This document shows, piece by piece, positions 37,143-52,004 of a DNA stretch of 64,000 bases. The first letter of the stretch is position 1. Every line of letters starts with the position of its first letter. The translations under genes and the position numbers were made by a program. The DNA comes from Eledone cirrhosa (taxonomy: Eukaryota), in assembly GCA_964016885.1 (NCBI GenBank), contig OZ024742.1:104594001-104658000 (forward strand), given 5' to 3'. The notes beneath the pieces are model-generated. The model was given only the letters and a program-made list of their open reading frames with translations, had not been told where the DNA came from and searched no databases.

Positions 37143-37790
37143 ACACATACACACATGTGCTGACTTGAATACACATACACATACACACATGTGCTGACTT
37201 GAATACACATACACATACACACATGTGCTGACTTGAATACACATACACATACACACATGTGCTGACTTGAATACACATACACATACACACATGTGCTGAC
37301 TTGAATACACAAACACATACACACATGTGCTGACTTGAATACACATACACATACACACATGTGCTGACTTGAATACACAAACACATACACACATGTGCTG
37401 ACTTGAATACACAAACACATACACACATGTGCTGACTTGAATACACATACACATACACACATGTGCTGACTTGAATACACATACACATACACACATGTGC
37501 TGACTTGAATACACATACACATACACACATGTGCTGACTTGAATACACATACACATACACACATGTGCTGACTTGAATACACATACACATACACACATGT
37601 GCTGACTGGAATACACAAACACATACACACATGTGCTGACTGGAGTATACAAACACATACACACATGTGCTGACTTGAATACACATACACATACACACAT
37701 GTGCTGACTGGAGTATACAAACACATACACACATGTGCTGACTTGAATACACATACACATACACACATGTGCTGACTGGAGTATACAAAC
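37143..37790. repeat. 34-bp minisatellite, about 19 copies
   Basis: Unit ACACATACACATACACACATGTGCTGACTTGAAT. Confidence 0.95.
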
Positions 37791-39438
37791 ATAAATAAAC
37801 TGAAAAAATATAACCATATCACAGGTAGCTATGTGGAAAAAACAAAATGTAAGACGTTAAGTAAACAGAGATAAGGCAAATGAAGGAGATAGTTTAGATT
37901 CCTGAAGGTAAGTGTGCCATGACCACTAGCTGGTAGAGAGAGAGAGGGAGAGAGAGAGGGGGAGAGAGAGAGGGGGGGATAGAAATATGATGAAAATTAA
38001 ATCTAGAATAATGATTCTATATAATCTTATATAGGGTTTATATGTGTAGGGTTCAGTCGGTACATTTGTCCATGGGACAGGAGAGCCAAAGAGAGACCAG
38101 GTGAATATCTGCCTCCACCACAAAAAAACAAAAAAACTCAGTCACTCAATGTCATTTTAAGAGGGGCTCTCATCCTTGAAGCTGCAGCCTAAAAGCAGAC
38201 TTGTTCTGCTCTGTAAAATATCTCTCAGAGGTGTGTTTTGGCTAGTTCTGTCTGGTATTTTGTTGTTGAGTAAGGTTGTGTAAGGAAAAATGATATATAT
38301 ATATTGTATCATGTCTCTGATATTGCGTAGACTAAGATCCCTACTGATGAAAGGTCTCTGATATGAAGGGTTTTTATATTGTGGTTAACTGGCTAATTGT
38401 ACTTTGCATTGTGTGTTTCAGCTAGTTTATACTAGTATTTTGCTGTTGGGTAGGATTGTACCATAAAAATTAGATATATGTGTATATACTCAAATATAAA
38501 CTGATCCAAATATAAGTCAAACCCCTGTTTTATGTCTGAGAAATAGGCCAGGCGGTGTGATTTCTATTATATGATAGTTTCAAAAAAAGCCCACATGGCT
38601 AAGTCTTTAGAATATAAATTCAAAATAGGGACCGCATAGGACAAAGACAATGGAAAAAAAAACAACGAAAAGACGGACAGTCCCATCTCATATATATCAT
38701 CATCACCATCATCGTTGTTTTAATGTCCACTTTCCCTGCTATACACACACATACACACACATTAACAATTTCATATGGTCATACATGCCAACATATATTT
38801 CATATTAAAAAAAAACCCAATAAATATAAAAATATGTATTCATTGCAACAGATGTAAAAGAGATAGAGTCATTTGCTTGACGTTTTGTAATGACAGGGTT
38901 TAATCAATAGTTGGTTAGCTCTGTTGATTTCAAGAACATTAGATTAATAAGTCTCTTAGCTATGACCATGAACAGAACTTGGCCCTCAGACTCAGCTTGT
39001 CAGTTTATTTTATATGATATACACTACATAACTTGTCTCGAAATACTGCCTTTCTCTAGAGAATTGACCCTTTCATTTCCATGTCTCTAATCAAAGACAC
39101 TGCCCGTGGTTTTCAAATAATTTTGAAAATCAAGAATTTTGAGGTATTTAACTCTTTCATGACCATATTTCTAAAACACTGCCTATAATAATAAAGAATT
39201 CAAAAGGATTTGGTAACATAACTAACTTTCTCATTGGGAAGCTGGTATTTAGTGCATAACAAACGTGTTTACATAAAATTCTGATGGGAGAGAACCAGGT
39301 GAGGTTTCAGGTGATTTGATATCAAAAGGTTAAATGCTCAGTGACATTTAAGCAGCAGTTGGATAGCTGTTGGACAGCAGTTGAATAACAGTTGGGGAAC
39401 AGTAGGACTATACATGTCCATTTAGTGTGTGTTTATAT

Positions 39439-39893
39439 CAGTGATTCCCAATGTAGAGTGCACACCTCACAGGGGAGCAATTTGAATATTCAAGGAGGGG
39501 ATGCAATTTGAATATGAGGGGGAGGGGGGCATTTGAAAATGATGTTAATGAGAGCAAACTTCAGGTTTTACCTTATTACTTTTACACCAAGGGAAATTTG
39601 GAACAAATTACTGTCGGAAACTCCTGTCTCACCTCCTCCACACATTATTATGTTACTTTGCCTTTCATCCTTACGGGGTCGATAAAATAAAGTACCAGTA
39701 ATGCACTGGGTAATTTGCTGGCCTTGTGCCTAAAGTAGAAACAATTATTATGTTATTGTGCATCTGGCATCACCCATACGCCAATTTGTTTACATTTTGT
39801 AGTTGATCATCGCTGTTTTTGTATCAAAGTGGGGCATAAAAATGTTTGAGATGTTCAGGTGGGGCATGGGGCACAAAAGGTTGGAAACCACTG
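39439..39893. mobile_element. hAT-type MITE with nested SINE 3' end (39655-39745)
   Basis: TIRs CAGTGATTCCCAA / TTGGAAACCACTG; TSD GTTTATAT / GTTTATGT. Confidence 0.8.
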
Positions 39894-41447
39894 GTTTATG
39901 TTGAGGGACAGGTGTACCCCTTTCCACCTCACCCTGCCCAACTTCTTGTATTTTATTTAGCCTTAAGAAAGAAGTCTTGTTTGCTGTGTTAATAGTGGTG
40001 GTGGTTGTGTTGTTGTTGATGGTGGTGATGGTCAGCAGTAGGGGGGGGGGGGGTTGATGGTGGTAGGTAGCAGTAGTGGAGGGGGGGGGGGTGATGGTGG
40101 TAGTTAGCAGTAGTGGGGGTGTTGTTGTTGATGTTGGTGGTGATGGTCAGCAGTAGAGGGGGAGGGGTGTTGATGGTGATGGTCAGCAGTAGTGGGGCTG
40201 TTGTTGTTGTTGATGTTGGTGTTAGTCAGCAGTTGTGGGGGATGTTGTTGTTATTGTTGATGGTGGTGGTTGTTGGGGTGTTGTTGTTGATGTTGGTGGT
40301 AGTTAGCAGTTGTGTGTGTGTGTGGGGGGGGGGTATTGTTGATGGTTGTAGTGGTTGCAGTGGTGGTGGTGTTGTTGTTGATGGTGGTGGTAGGGGTGGT
40401 GGGGGGGTTGATGTTGATATGGCGGTAGTGGTGGTTGGCAGTAGTGAAAGTGTTGCTATTGTTGATGTAGGTGGTTGGTAGTGTTGTTGTTATTGTTGTT
40501 GATGGTGGTGGTGGTTGGCAGTAGTGGGAGTGTTGTTGTTATTGGTTAGTGATGGTATTGTTGGTTGTGGTAGTGGTTTGATGGTTTACTGATAGTAGTT
40601 GGTGGTATATAGTGTTTACTGTTTGGATGGCTAAAAATAGATTTTTGAGTTTTTCTGGGAGGAGAAACATCTTGGAGGATTTTAATTGAGAAGTTTGAAG
40701 TGATGATGGCAGAGATAGTGTGTTGTTTGTATATGACTGGGAGGTTGGTGCTGATTAATTTGGTGCTGTTTTAACATCAAGTAAGTCCTGGTTAAGCAGA
40801 CGTGTGATCAACGGCATTACAATCATGGCTAACTCATTTTTAAAAAGGTACTCTGCACCCTGACTATATTATTCAGTATGTTCTTTTTTAACCTTTTCAT
40901 TACCATATTTCTAATGAAGCATAAGGTGTATGATTTTTAAATCATCCTGAAAATAATCAAGAATTTGGAGGGATTTAATAAAATATCTTTCTCATTATTA
41001 AGCTGATGTTTGGAGCATAACTTAACAAAAGCTCATATACAATATCATGATAGGTTTTTAGATAAATATAAACACTTTAAAATAATTTTATATCGTAGAA
41101 CCACAGACAGATTAAGACCTTTTGAGGCTTCAGGCATTTAAAAAACTATGGTGTCTTCTCTTCTTATCTATATATAATGTTTGCAAAAATAAACTTATTT
41201 TGGAATGCCAATTACATTTAATTTGATTAAAATGGTGTCCTTCTTTCTTTGATGTCCCAAGTATAGGCTTATTTTGCTTAATGGTTAATATAGCCCTGCA
41301 TAAAAGCAGGGGTTAAGATGCTAGGGTAGGATTTGAAAGAGATTTGGTTATTTCTACTGAGTTAAAGAACCACATGGAATATTTTTCATTGACTCACTTG
41401 GTAGTGGTGGCAGTGTGTGTGTTAAGGTTGTAATATTAGTAAATGAA

Positions 41448-41665
41448 AGGGTGGTAGATTGGCAGAATTGGTAGTGTTGGATAAAATGTCATTGCAGTAT
41501 TTATTCTGGTCTTTTAAATTCTGAGTTCAATTCCTGCCAAGGTCAACTTTACCTTTCATCCTTCCAGGGTCAATAAAATAAAATACCAGTTAAGTACTGG
41601 GGTTGATTTAATCAACTTTGCCCTTCCCTCAAATGTAATGGCCTTGTGTCTAAATTAGAAACAAA
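41448..41665 (+). mobile_element. SINE family 1, full length
   Basis: GGTGGTAGATTGGCAGAAT...GAGTTCAATTCC...CCTTTCATCCTT...GCCTTGTGTCTAAATTAGAAAC. Confidence 0.8.
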
Positions 41666-44600
41666 ATCAATATTGGTGAATGTAGTGGTGGTGGTGGTAT
41701 GGTGGTGGTGGTGGTGTATGTTAGGATTGGAATACTGATGAATGTATTGGAGATGGTATGGTGGTGGTGTGTGTCAGGGTTGTGATACTGATGAATGTAT
41801 TGGTGATGGTATGGTAGTGGTATGTGTCAGGGTTGTGATACTGGTAAATGTATTGGTGATGGTATGGTGGTGGCGTTTGTGTTATTGTAGTAGTGGTGAT
41901 AACTAAATACTGTTTATGGGTTTATGGGTGGTAGTAGTGGTGGTTCTGATTGTGTTGGTGATTGCTGTAGTAGCAGATTGTATTTTTTTTTACTAATGTA
42001 ATGGTTGTGGTGTTAGTGGTGGTGGTAATGTTGTAGTGGGAAGTATGAAGATAAAAACCACATCTTGAATTATCAGCTATTTTTGTGATTAGCAGAGCAG
42101 GGTGGGGTAAGTTGAAGCAATTATATTGCAGGCTATATCGAGAATCTTGTTTCTTCAGAGATTCACAGAAGTTACAAGGAAAATAGAAAATATAATTTAC
42201 TCACCCTTTCATTTACATATACTATCACAAAAAATATTTCCATATTAAATTTTTTTTTTTAATTGATAAATTTAACCCTTTTGATACCAACTCCCCTGAC
42301 ATTACTCCTGAAATAAAACTGCTCGTTTTTAAAATGCTCATATTTAAATTAAAAACTTCCCATAAAATTTTGTTAAGTTATGTTTCAAATATCAGCTTAA
42401 TCCTTTAGCATTTACATTACTCTATATTTACTATTGTATTTTTGTGGTAAAAGCTTTACCTCACATAAATATCCCATATCAGCAACATTGGTTAATCATG
42501 TGTATTAACATTAACACTGTTTTTTGAAAATTATATGAATGTGACTTTTTCTTTTTAAATGCAGGATGTAGTTTACTTGCTGAAATTAGTTTAATCCTTT
42601 TGATATCAAACTGCCAAACACAGGCCCTGGTTATACAATACTTATCTAAAAACCTCCTATCATAATTTTATGTAAGAACATTTCTAAGTTCCAAACAGTC
42701 CAGCCCATGCTAACATGGAAAAACAGATGTAAAATAATGACAATGATGATGATATATGTGAACATGTTTGAGTGTGATGGGTTTCCACACAGGTTTCAAC
42801 TGCCAAAGTTCCCTTACATAGCATTGGTCAGTTAGGCCCAAAGCTACTGAAAACACTTGCCCAAGGTGCTACGTAGTTAGAGGGAACATGAAACCATATG
42901 GTTGAGGAGCAAACCTCTTAACCACATGGTCATATAGCTTATTGAAAATGACAAACAATGGGTTGGAAGGACCTTTTAGTTGTGTCAAAGATTTGACCAT
43001 CTCCCTAGTGTTGATGATCTACAAAATAAACAATCACCCAATACAGCCTGTAAAGTGGTTGGTGATAGGAAGGGCATCAAACCATAGAAAACCTGTCAAA
43101 CAAAGGGTCAGAAGGACCCTTCAATTGTGTCAAAGACATTAAAACATTCCCAATACTCATGTCATGATAAAATGCACTTGGTAGAGAGTAGAAACACATG
43201 GAAGCAAGATACAGGTTCCTGGCCCATCTGAGAGGTCAGTAGCTCCACTTAAGTACTGATATAGTTTATTAAGACTGCGTCCAACCCTTGCTGGTAGGGA
43301 AGATGGATGTTAAATGATGAGCCTGATGATGATGACAAAGTGATGACAATAATTGAATATATAAAGTCTTGCTTTTATTGTCCAGTCTACTACATTCCAC
43401 TGGAATCATCATCATTATCACCAGTTTATGTCTGCTTTGTCATGTTTACATGGATTGGACGAGTCTCTTCCAACACAGCATTCCTTCATCTGTTGCATTC
43501 CTTTGGTATCTCAATTGTGAACCTCAGCTGTTTGAGAGTAACCTTCACCACCTATGACCAGATCTTCCTTGGTCTTCCTCTACTGTTACAACCTTCCATT
43601 GGAATGCCAAGTATAAATATAAATCTCCAATGACCTTAAAGGTTAATAAAAAATGAAACTCAAAATAGATGAGAACAAGCATTTTATGTTGAATTCTATT
43701 TTGTAATATATTACTTATCTCCAGAATGTGATGCAATCATAGTTGTCTGGGAGTTTTTTTTTAAAAATCTGATAGTTTTATGTTGCATCTCACTTGCATA
43801 TATCTCTCATAGTTATCTCTAGATTCATTCCCCATTCCCTCCATTGAATCAGCTGTCCATTATATCTCTTTATCTCAATATCCTACATATTATTTTTGTT
43901 TCAGAATTTTTCTTTTAATCTATGTAGTTCAATAGAGCAGCAGTTTATTGAGTGTGTTTTTGTTTGGGGTGTGGTTGGGTGTTGGGAGAGTTGAAATTTA
44001 TCAAAATACAAACTATTTGTTTCCTCACTGTGGGATGATCCCCGCTCCTTCAGCAGACTACATGTAGCTGTCTCTCCCCAACCTTTTCATTCCCATCCCT
44101 ACATGGATGAGGAGACATTGAGCATCCTAGTGTTGCTATGGTGTATTAGCGGTGTGACAATAAAATACACCCAGCTTATTCTGTAAAGTGGTAGAGTTGG
44201 AGCTATAATAAAATGCATCTATTGGGAGGTTTGCTGTATATTCTAATTTTTGTTTTGTGTATGAGGGGCCCTCCAAACCTGAAGTGCCATGGGTCCTTCA
44301 TGGTCTAAGTCCAACCCTGATGCTGGTGCCACACTAAAATTCACCCTACACGCTATAAAGTGGTTGGTGCTTGAACAGAGACAACATTGGGTAGAGAGAA
44401 CACTTTAGCATTATCAAGAACATAATAATTTCTTTACTGTTCGAATGACTAATATATTTAATTTGAATAACATTACAAGTAGAAGAAAAAAAAAAGAGAT
44501 GGATGAAGATGTCTTATTCGGAGCCACATATCAGATTCTTCTAATTTTTGTGCTGTTATGCAGGAGTTTCAACACCTACATTGTGTAGTTCCAGTGTCAC

Positions 44601-44834
44601 AGTGGAAGGAACCAAAACATCTACAGAGTTATTTCACTATCTGATGAGACATTGACTCCTGCATTTGGAGACAGAGTACGGCAGCACCCTAAGTACACAA
44701 GTATCTTTACTAACTATCTGGTATTCAATATTTTCATTTGTTATTAGCCTCCTTTTAGTGGACTTTGATTTAGCTGTACTATATGCCCCTTGGTAAATTT
44801 GACACTGTAAAATCTCTATGGTGCCCCTCTTCTC

Positions 44835-45218
44835 TTAACCCTTTGGTATTTAAACCGGCTGTATCCGGCCAGAATTTTCTCACCTTTTTCTGTTCAAATC
44901 AGCCATAACTGGCCACATATACTAATGTTAAGGTATTGTTCTCAAAATAAATAATATCCCCCCCCCCCCTCCATACACACACACATGTATATCATGACTC
45001 ATACACTGTTCACTTTCCTGACATTTGTACATTATTCTATGTACTATACATGCACATTTGACGAGTTGTAGTGCACCTGAGCACTGTACACAGTATAATT
45101 TCATTATTATTATTATTATTATTATCAAAATCTCATACATTCGATATTATGTGAGATAAAGCGTTTACCACAAAAATACAATAGTATATATAGAGCAATG
45201 TAAATGCTAAAGGGTTAA
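44835..45218. mobile_element. piggyBac-like MITE family 1 with nested CR1 3' tip (44958-45124, plus)
   Basis: TTAACCCTTTGGTATTTA / TAAATGCTAAAGGGTTAA; the insert matches the CR1 3' UTR and ends in (ATT)n. Confidence 0.8.
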
Positions 45219-46644
45219 TGCCCTAAGCATGAGTATATTTTGCTTTATGGTTAATCAAGCCTTGTCTCATCACTTTTTGGCCATCACACACAGCTTATTT
45301 TTCATGAGCCACTACAGGATATGTACCAACACACCATACACTGCTCATACACCTCATGGATACAACATCAAAACTCTGATATATGAATCATACATATTTA
45401 TTGGTTAGTGTTTGTCCTCCATCTCCCTACCATACAACGCCAATCTTTTGGTCATGCCAAACATCATCCAACCTCTCCAATTACAACACATCATCCATCT
45501 GACTTGTCTTTTTGCCTTCATGTCATTACATTGTCATATTTCTAACACATGTATCATATTTATTGGCTACTGTGTGAGTGTAAGAGAGAGATAGAGAGAG
45601 AGATATAGAGAGCGAGACAGAGAGAGAGACAGTGAGAGAGCATAGAGAGAGAGAGTGGGAGAGACAGTGCATATATATATATATACACAAAGAGAGAGAG
45701 AGAGAGACAGATAGGCATAGAGGGCAGTATATATATGTTCTTAATTGCCGACAAAGATACTTGTTAGACACCATGCTGTCATAGGATAGAATACCTCTGG
45801 CCTTGCCCCTTCACAGCATTATTTTAGTTACCCAGGGAACAAAAGGTATATGCTGAAACCAAGGAACCAGAACCAGAATCCATAAGAGTTAGATCAAAGC
45901 TGTTTACAATATTAATGATACCCACCACCACCACTACTGCCACAACCACCAGCACCACCATCACCACCACCACCACCACCACAACTACCACCATGAACAT
46001 CACCACCGCAACCAACACTGCCACCACCATTATCACCACCACCACACCACCACCACCACCATTAACACCACCACCACATCCGCTACCTCCCCACCGCCAC
46101 CACAACCATCACCACCACAAGTATTGTCCTCTTTTGACATCTAATTTGGCAACATATTTATGTCAAGACTTCCGTTTGTCTCACTGTCTCACTCTATATA
46201 AACATCTCAAGTTCAGAAGACTGTAATTATCATTTCATATAATAGAAATGGCCAGTACTCAGGTGGTAAGGAATCACCATTGTCTATATATTTGGTCGCT
46301 TGGTGAACAGAATAAACTGAATTCTATTTAGTAGTAAGCCAAAAGTATGGAGCAAGCTACTGAGAACCCATTGACCTATGGTGTGGCCCTCTTTAGATTT
46401 TCCCATTCAGTTCTATTTACTATAATTACAACAACAGTGCCCTTGAGAAATTAAGGTCTCTGATTTGATAGGGTTGCTAGAGCGTTGGATATTTGTTCCG
46501 GGTCTCTGCATTCTTAGTTCAAATCCTGCTGAGGTTCACTTTACTTTTCATCCTTTTGAAGTCAATAAAGAAAGAACAAGATCTGTGTTGGTGCAACCCT
46601 CCCTCATCCCAGCTTTGTCACATCCCGGATCAAGGGGTGATGGT

Positions 46645-47083
46645 TTAACCCTTCAGCATTTAAACCGGCCGCATCCAGCCAGAATATTCTCGGCTCTTTC
46701 TGTACAAACTGACTGTAACTGGCTGCTCATACTTATGTTAAGGTATTGTTCTCAAAATAAATAATTGTTTCTACTTTAGGCACAAGGCCAGCAATCACCC
46801 AGTGCATTACTGATACTTTATTTTATCGACCCCCTAAGGATGAAAGGCAAAGTCAACCTCGGCGGGATTTGAACTCAGATCGTAAAGGGACGTAACTATG
46901 CTGGAAAGTATGGCGTCCGACCCTCTACTGATACTGCCAATCCATCGCCAAAATAAATAATATCAAAATAAATAATATCAAAATTTCATAGATTCGATAT
47001 TATGTGAGATAATTATGTAAGGTAAAGCCTTTACCGTGAAAAAACAATAGTATATATAGAGTAATATAAATGCTAAAGGGTTA
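46645..47083. mobile_element. piggyBac-like MITE family 1 with nested SINE family 1 (46765-46948, minus)
   Basis: TTAACCCTTCAGCATTTA / TAAATGCTAAAGGGTTAA; SINE TSD CAAAATAAATAAT. Confidence 0.85.
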
Positions 47084-47479
47084 AGAGAGTGTCTGTTTAC
47101 AACTGCATGAGCACCTAAAACACTTAGTGAAAGTATAGTACATATTATTAAGACACTTGTGAGTGATTGCTGTAATTGTTAAGCCCATGAGAAATGCATT
47201 AAAATCAGAACATTCCATCAAATTTATCCCTGATCATTTCAGATTTCATAGCAATCCAAATTATAAGGAAGAAAAAGCATGATAAATGCCACCATAATCC
47301 GTAAAGATTTATAAAGCTTAATTTCAGATTCACTGATAGTAAGCAATTTAGAAATATATGTCTCCCATGTAAAGCTAACAGCTAACATACCTAATAGATA
47401 TGTATCTATACCTATATAACATAATTATATATATATACAATATATTAACAAATGGAAACTATATTTATAAAACCATATT

Positions 47480-47545
47480 TATTTTATTATACATATTTCA
47501 AAGGCCACCAAGGCAGATTATGGTGCGCTTTCATCAGATAAAATA
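47480..47545 (-). ncRNA. Hammerhead ribozyme, class A
   Basis: UAUUUUAU CUGAUGA AAG C G CACCA-loop-UGGUG GC C UUU GAAA UAUGUA UA AUAAAAUA; flanks match 32065-32125. Confidence 0.85.
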
Positions 47546-47647
47546 TAATACAGATTAGTTTTATAAATAAATATTAACATACCCTGAAAAAATGCAACCT
47601 TAACAGTTGGAGCTTCCTGGATAGTATATATATATATATATATATAG

Positions 47648-47715
<68 letters not shown>

Positions 47716-47826
47716 CAGTTCCCCGTAGGACTAACAATACACCCAGGAGCTGGACATATCGATGAATTGACAGAGTGGAATACATTTCAACACCATGTTT
47801 ACCTGTTCTTTCTACATTAATTTGTA

Positions 47827-47883
47827 CTGCCTGAAGAGGTCACAGCCAATAATAGCTGTCACTGAAATATATATATATAGCAG
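47827..47883 (+). ncRNA. Hammerhead ribozyme, class-A architecture in an unrelated 220-bp TA-flanked element (47713-47935)
   Basis: CUGC CUGAAGA GGU C ACAGC CAAUAAUA GCUGU C ACU GAAA (UA)5 UA GCAG; AATAAA about 10 nt downstream. Confidence 0.82.
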
Positions 47884-50800
47884 AGAATTTATAATAAATG
47901 AAGCCAAATTTAACATGTTTGACTTACTTATTTTATATATATATATATATATACATATATATATAATTTAGTATCCTTCTCAGATACACAATAAAATGCC
48001 TGTAGTCATTTCCGTCACCAGTCTTAGATGTTCAGGTGGAGTGGGGGGTTCAGATTCTTCTGGGTGGTCATTCTCTCACAAGGGACATATTTCAGAATGT
48101 TTTAATTTTTTTTATAAACTATTTTATAAATCTGAGGGTGCTCTATTAAAACGTGTGTGTGTATAGGATGGGGGACAGAGCCTTCATCCCTTCACCTGGC
48201 AGTAGTTATCAGCCACTTGTCTAATTATGCAACTTCTTGGCAATATTGCCGCTACTAATATCTATATTAAAGTAGGCTGCTGGGAGTTCATAGAGTTCTC
48301 ATGCTTTAAAGTTCTGGCTGAGCTTCAAATCACTGATGCAGCAAAGAGGAGGGAAGAGGCACATATATTCCATCACTGATATCATGGGGGGAAAACCACT
48401 AGAGGTTTTTGCATAAAGAGGGCAGGCCCATGGTTTGTTGTTTTTGGGATGTAAGCCAAGACATGATCAACCCCAGCTGGATCAAAGGAGCAAGGGGATT
48501 ATATGTTGAAAGACCCATTAAGCAAAGTAGGCACATACTTAGAGCATCAAAGGAAGAGGGGCAACAATTTATTCAAATTAAATGTATCATTCCAAAAGAA
48601 TTTGTCTTGCAGACTTTATATAAGAGGAACATCATAATCTTTTAAGTGCTTAAGGACTTAATCTGGCCTCCCTCTCTATCCTATATTGTCTTCTTTGTTT
48701 CAAGACAAGCATGACTAAATTTTAAGAAAAACAACATTACTTATGTATTTAAGCTAAATGTGGACACGGTTACAAAGCTTTGACATTTCAGAACACATAA
48801 AGCAAAACTAGAACACTGAATTTATCATGTAAGTATTAAGCATCATATTCATAGTGGAAATAGAATGGCACAGGTGGAATTCAAGCCATTCTAAGGGAAA
48901 TTAACAAAATATATGCTGTGATATGGTGACTTTGACCAAATAACAGAATTGGCTCTGATATTGTCTTCCTGAGAGCTCACTGAAACATATGATAATGAAC
49001 AGCTCAAAATTCTCAGGTAAAACTTAAATCATTAGCAGTGCTGGCTAACAATGTAAAATGTAATAAATTGTAAAATAATTATCAAAGAATAAAGAAAAAC
49101 AAAGCTCAGAATAAAATTTAAAAGTCTATTTCAAAACTAAAAAGAGTGTACGTAATATTTTTTATAAACAACCAATCCATTAAACTAAGAATATATTGTT
49201 TTTTATCGGAGTGAAAGAAACGTTTTCAGATAAAGCAGACATTTCTAGAATATTTTGTAACTCTAATCTCACTTAGCCACCACAAAATGTCTTAGAATTT
49301 GATGAAATTCTTTCCCTGATGATTCAACATGCAAAAAAAAAAAAAAAAAAGACAGTTCACACCTATGTAGGTTTAGCTGGCCTCCTACAAGATTGAATTT
49401 TGGAAAAATAAGGAAAAAACAAAAACAAAAACAAAAAAAAGCGACAAAACGAGAAGAATTTGTAATATATTATGATAATATTTATAATTTAACTTTAACT
49501 TTCTCATTATAAAACTAGTGTTTAGAACATAACTTAAAGGCTCTTACATAAAATTATGACAGAAGCTTTTTAGATAAATACAAGCACTTTATAAAATGTT
49601 TTTGTATCATCTGATTCCCCACTCACCCTAAAAAAATTAAAACCCTTGGTTTTGAGAGGAAAGCTGAGTGTTGTGTAAGGGTGGCGGAAGGGACATACTC
49701 ATCATCATGATAAGCAACAACCTATTACAGTCACCACTGGTAGTTCACCTTATCAAAGTATCAGGTGATGCCCGTGTGGGTGCTTGTTAGTTCCAGCCCA
49801 TCACTGTCACCTACAGTAAAGATGAAAACGTATTGGCTAGCCTAAAATAAATATTAGAATGCAGCTCCGGCACCCCTTGTGGTGTGTAACCGATTGATAC
49901 ACATTACTTTCGTTTTGATTTTATAGTTTTAGAATTAGTGTGCTATTAAAAAATGAATACAATATTAAATTAATAAAAGAAAAAACAAGAATATATTAAT
50001 CACCTAAATATAAATAATTTAATTATATCATTATATTATAAACTGGAGTTGCTTAAATGAAAAATGAATGGATAAAAATGTAAAAACAACAGAAAATGCA
50101 GTAAAGTTTACACAGAAAGAGATCTGGTTCAAGGGAGATAATTCTGCATTAAAAATTATATTTTCATACTAGCTTATGTTTTGGAGTAGGTAAATTCCTT
50201 GATGTAAGCTCAGTGGACACCAGTTTTATGTATGTGGAGAATATCACAGGCCACAATGTTTCACCTATACAGCTCATTCTAATCCTTTTAATACTAAACC
50301 CATGATATTATTTTAGAATTTTTTGTTAAGTAATGTTCTAAATATCACCTTAAATGAAAAATTTAGTTATTTTATTAAATTCCTCCAAATGTTGGTTATT
50401 TTTGTATGAATTGAAACATATGGGAAGTGTATTTTATTAGAAATTAAAAATGGGTAGTGTTCTCTGTAGCACTGCCAAACTAATGACTTGGTAGACATTT
50501 TCTACAAAAGTTTGGCTTGAAATTTACTTACAAATGATATTACAGTTCACCTTTGTCAACATTCAAACTTTTCCTAAGAATCATCATCATCATTATTTTA
50601 TGTCTATTTTCCATGTTAGCATGGTTAAGACAGGTTAACATTTTCTGAAACTAGACTGGTCAAGTGACCACATCTGGCATGGATTCAATGGCTGGATGCC
50701 CTTCCTAATCACCAGCACTACCACTTTACAGAGTGAGCTGGGTGCATCATGGCACTATAATTACTTCCTTACAAGAGGGTGCTCATTACTCACTTTATGT

Positions 50801-51404
50801 AGCCATCTAAGGTTAGGATGAAAGGCATTTGAATACACATAACAACACCATGTATACATATACATCTACATACTTAAAACTAAACATATCCACACTGAAC
50901 TACATACATTTATAGTTAATTCCGTACAGGTACACACACTCACATATATATACTTACACACTATCATAACTCAACATCCATTTTTCATGCCAGCAAGTGT
51001 TGAATGTGTTGTCACAGAGCAAATAAATATTCAATCAGTGCTACTAAACTCTCAGACGGGGTGACTGTTGCATCTCATTTACATTCGTTTCTACACTCTA
51101 CACAGTGTACTGGGTTCATTTTATCGTGTCATCAGCACTAGGGAGGTTGTCATATCTTAGACACAACTGAAGAGTCCTCTTATCTTTCATGGCTTCTACA
51201 GCTGGATGTCCTTTGTATTACCAGCCTTACAGTGTGTATTGGGAGCATCTTTTTGTGGTACCAGCACTAAAGTGGTTATTGTGACATAACTAAAGAATCC
51301 TCTCACCATTTTTAGCATGGTTTATATGGCTGGAAGACCTTCCTAAAACCACCTACCTTACAGATCATCTACCAGGTGTGTTTTATTGTGGCACCAGCAA
51401 TAAT

Positions 51405-51450
<46 letters not shown>

Positions 51451-51624
51451 ATATATTTACTCACATGTACATACATAAGTATGTACCTACATACATACTT
51501 ATATACTTACTCATATATACATACATATACACACACATAAATAACTATAGCCATGGACAGATTATTCATTCTGAAACATTCTAATAATTTATTTTTCAAT
51601 ATATATATATATATATATATATAT

Positions 51625-51702
51625 ATCATCATCATCATCATTTTACGTCCGCTTTTCCCTGCTTGCAAGGGTGGGACGGGTCTTATTCAGCACAGCATCT
51701 CT

Positions 51703-51705
<3 letters not shown>
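51625..51705 (-). mobile_element. 80-bp 3' tip of RTE family B
   Basis: Near-identical to 58495-58575; embedded in (TA)n. Confidence 0.85.
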
Positions 51706-51753
<48 letters not shown>

Positions 51754-52004
51754 TATACAAAGAGCAAAAAATGACAATAACAAAAACAACTCTAAAAATA
51801 TTTCCTCCCCCTCCTCCTCCTCCTCCTCCACAACCACTGCTTCCCCCTCCTTTGTAGTTATAATAGGAACATATAAAAGTAAATAGATAAATATGAAAAA
51901 TCTAACATTAATACCACAGGCAGATGTTTGTGATATTACAAAATGTTTTGATACAATAATTTTATTATGATGAAATTATTTCTATATTGTTCTGCACTAT
52001 TTAG

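Noticed and set aside
37053-37822. 230-254 aa Cys-rich ORFs in three frames
   Set aside because: Stop-free 34-bp minisatellite with no coding signature.
38343-38375. CTGATGAAAGG motif
   Set aside because: No pairing stem II and GAAG rather than GAAA.
44641-44670. CTGATGAGAC as a hammerhead core
   Set aside because: No stem II or GAAA follows.
48947-49022. AG…CAG|GTAAAA candidate exon
   Set aside because: Stop codons in all three frames.
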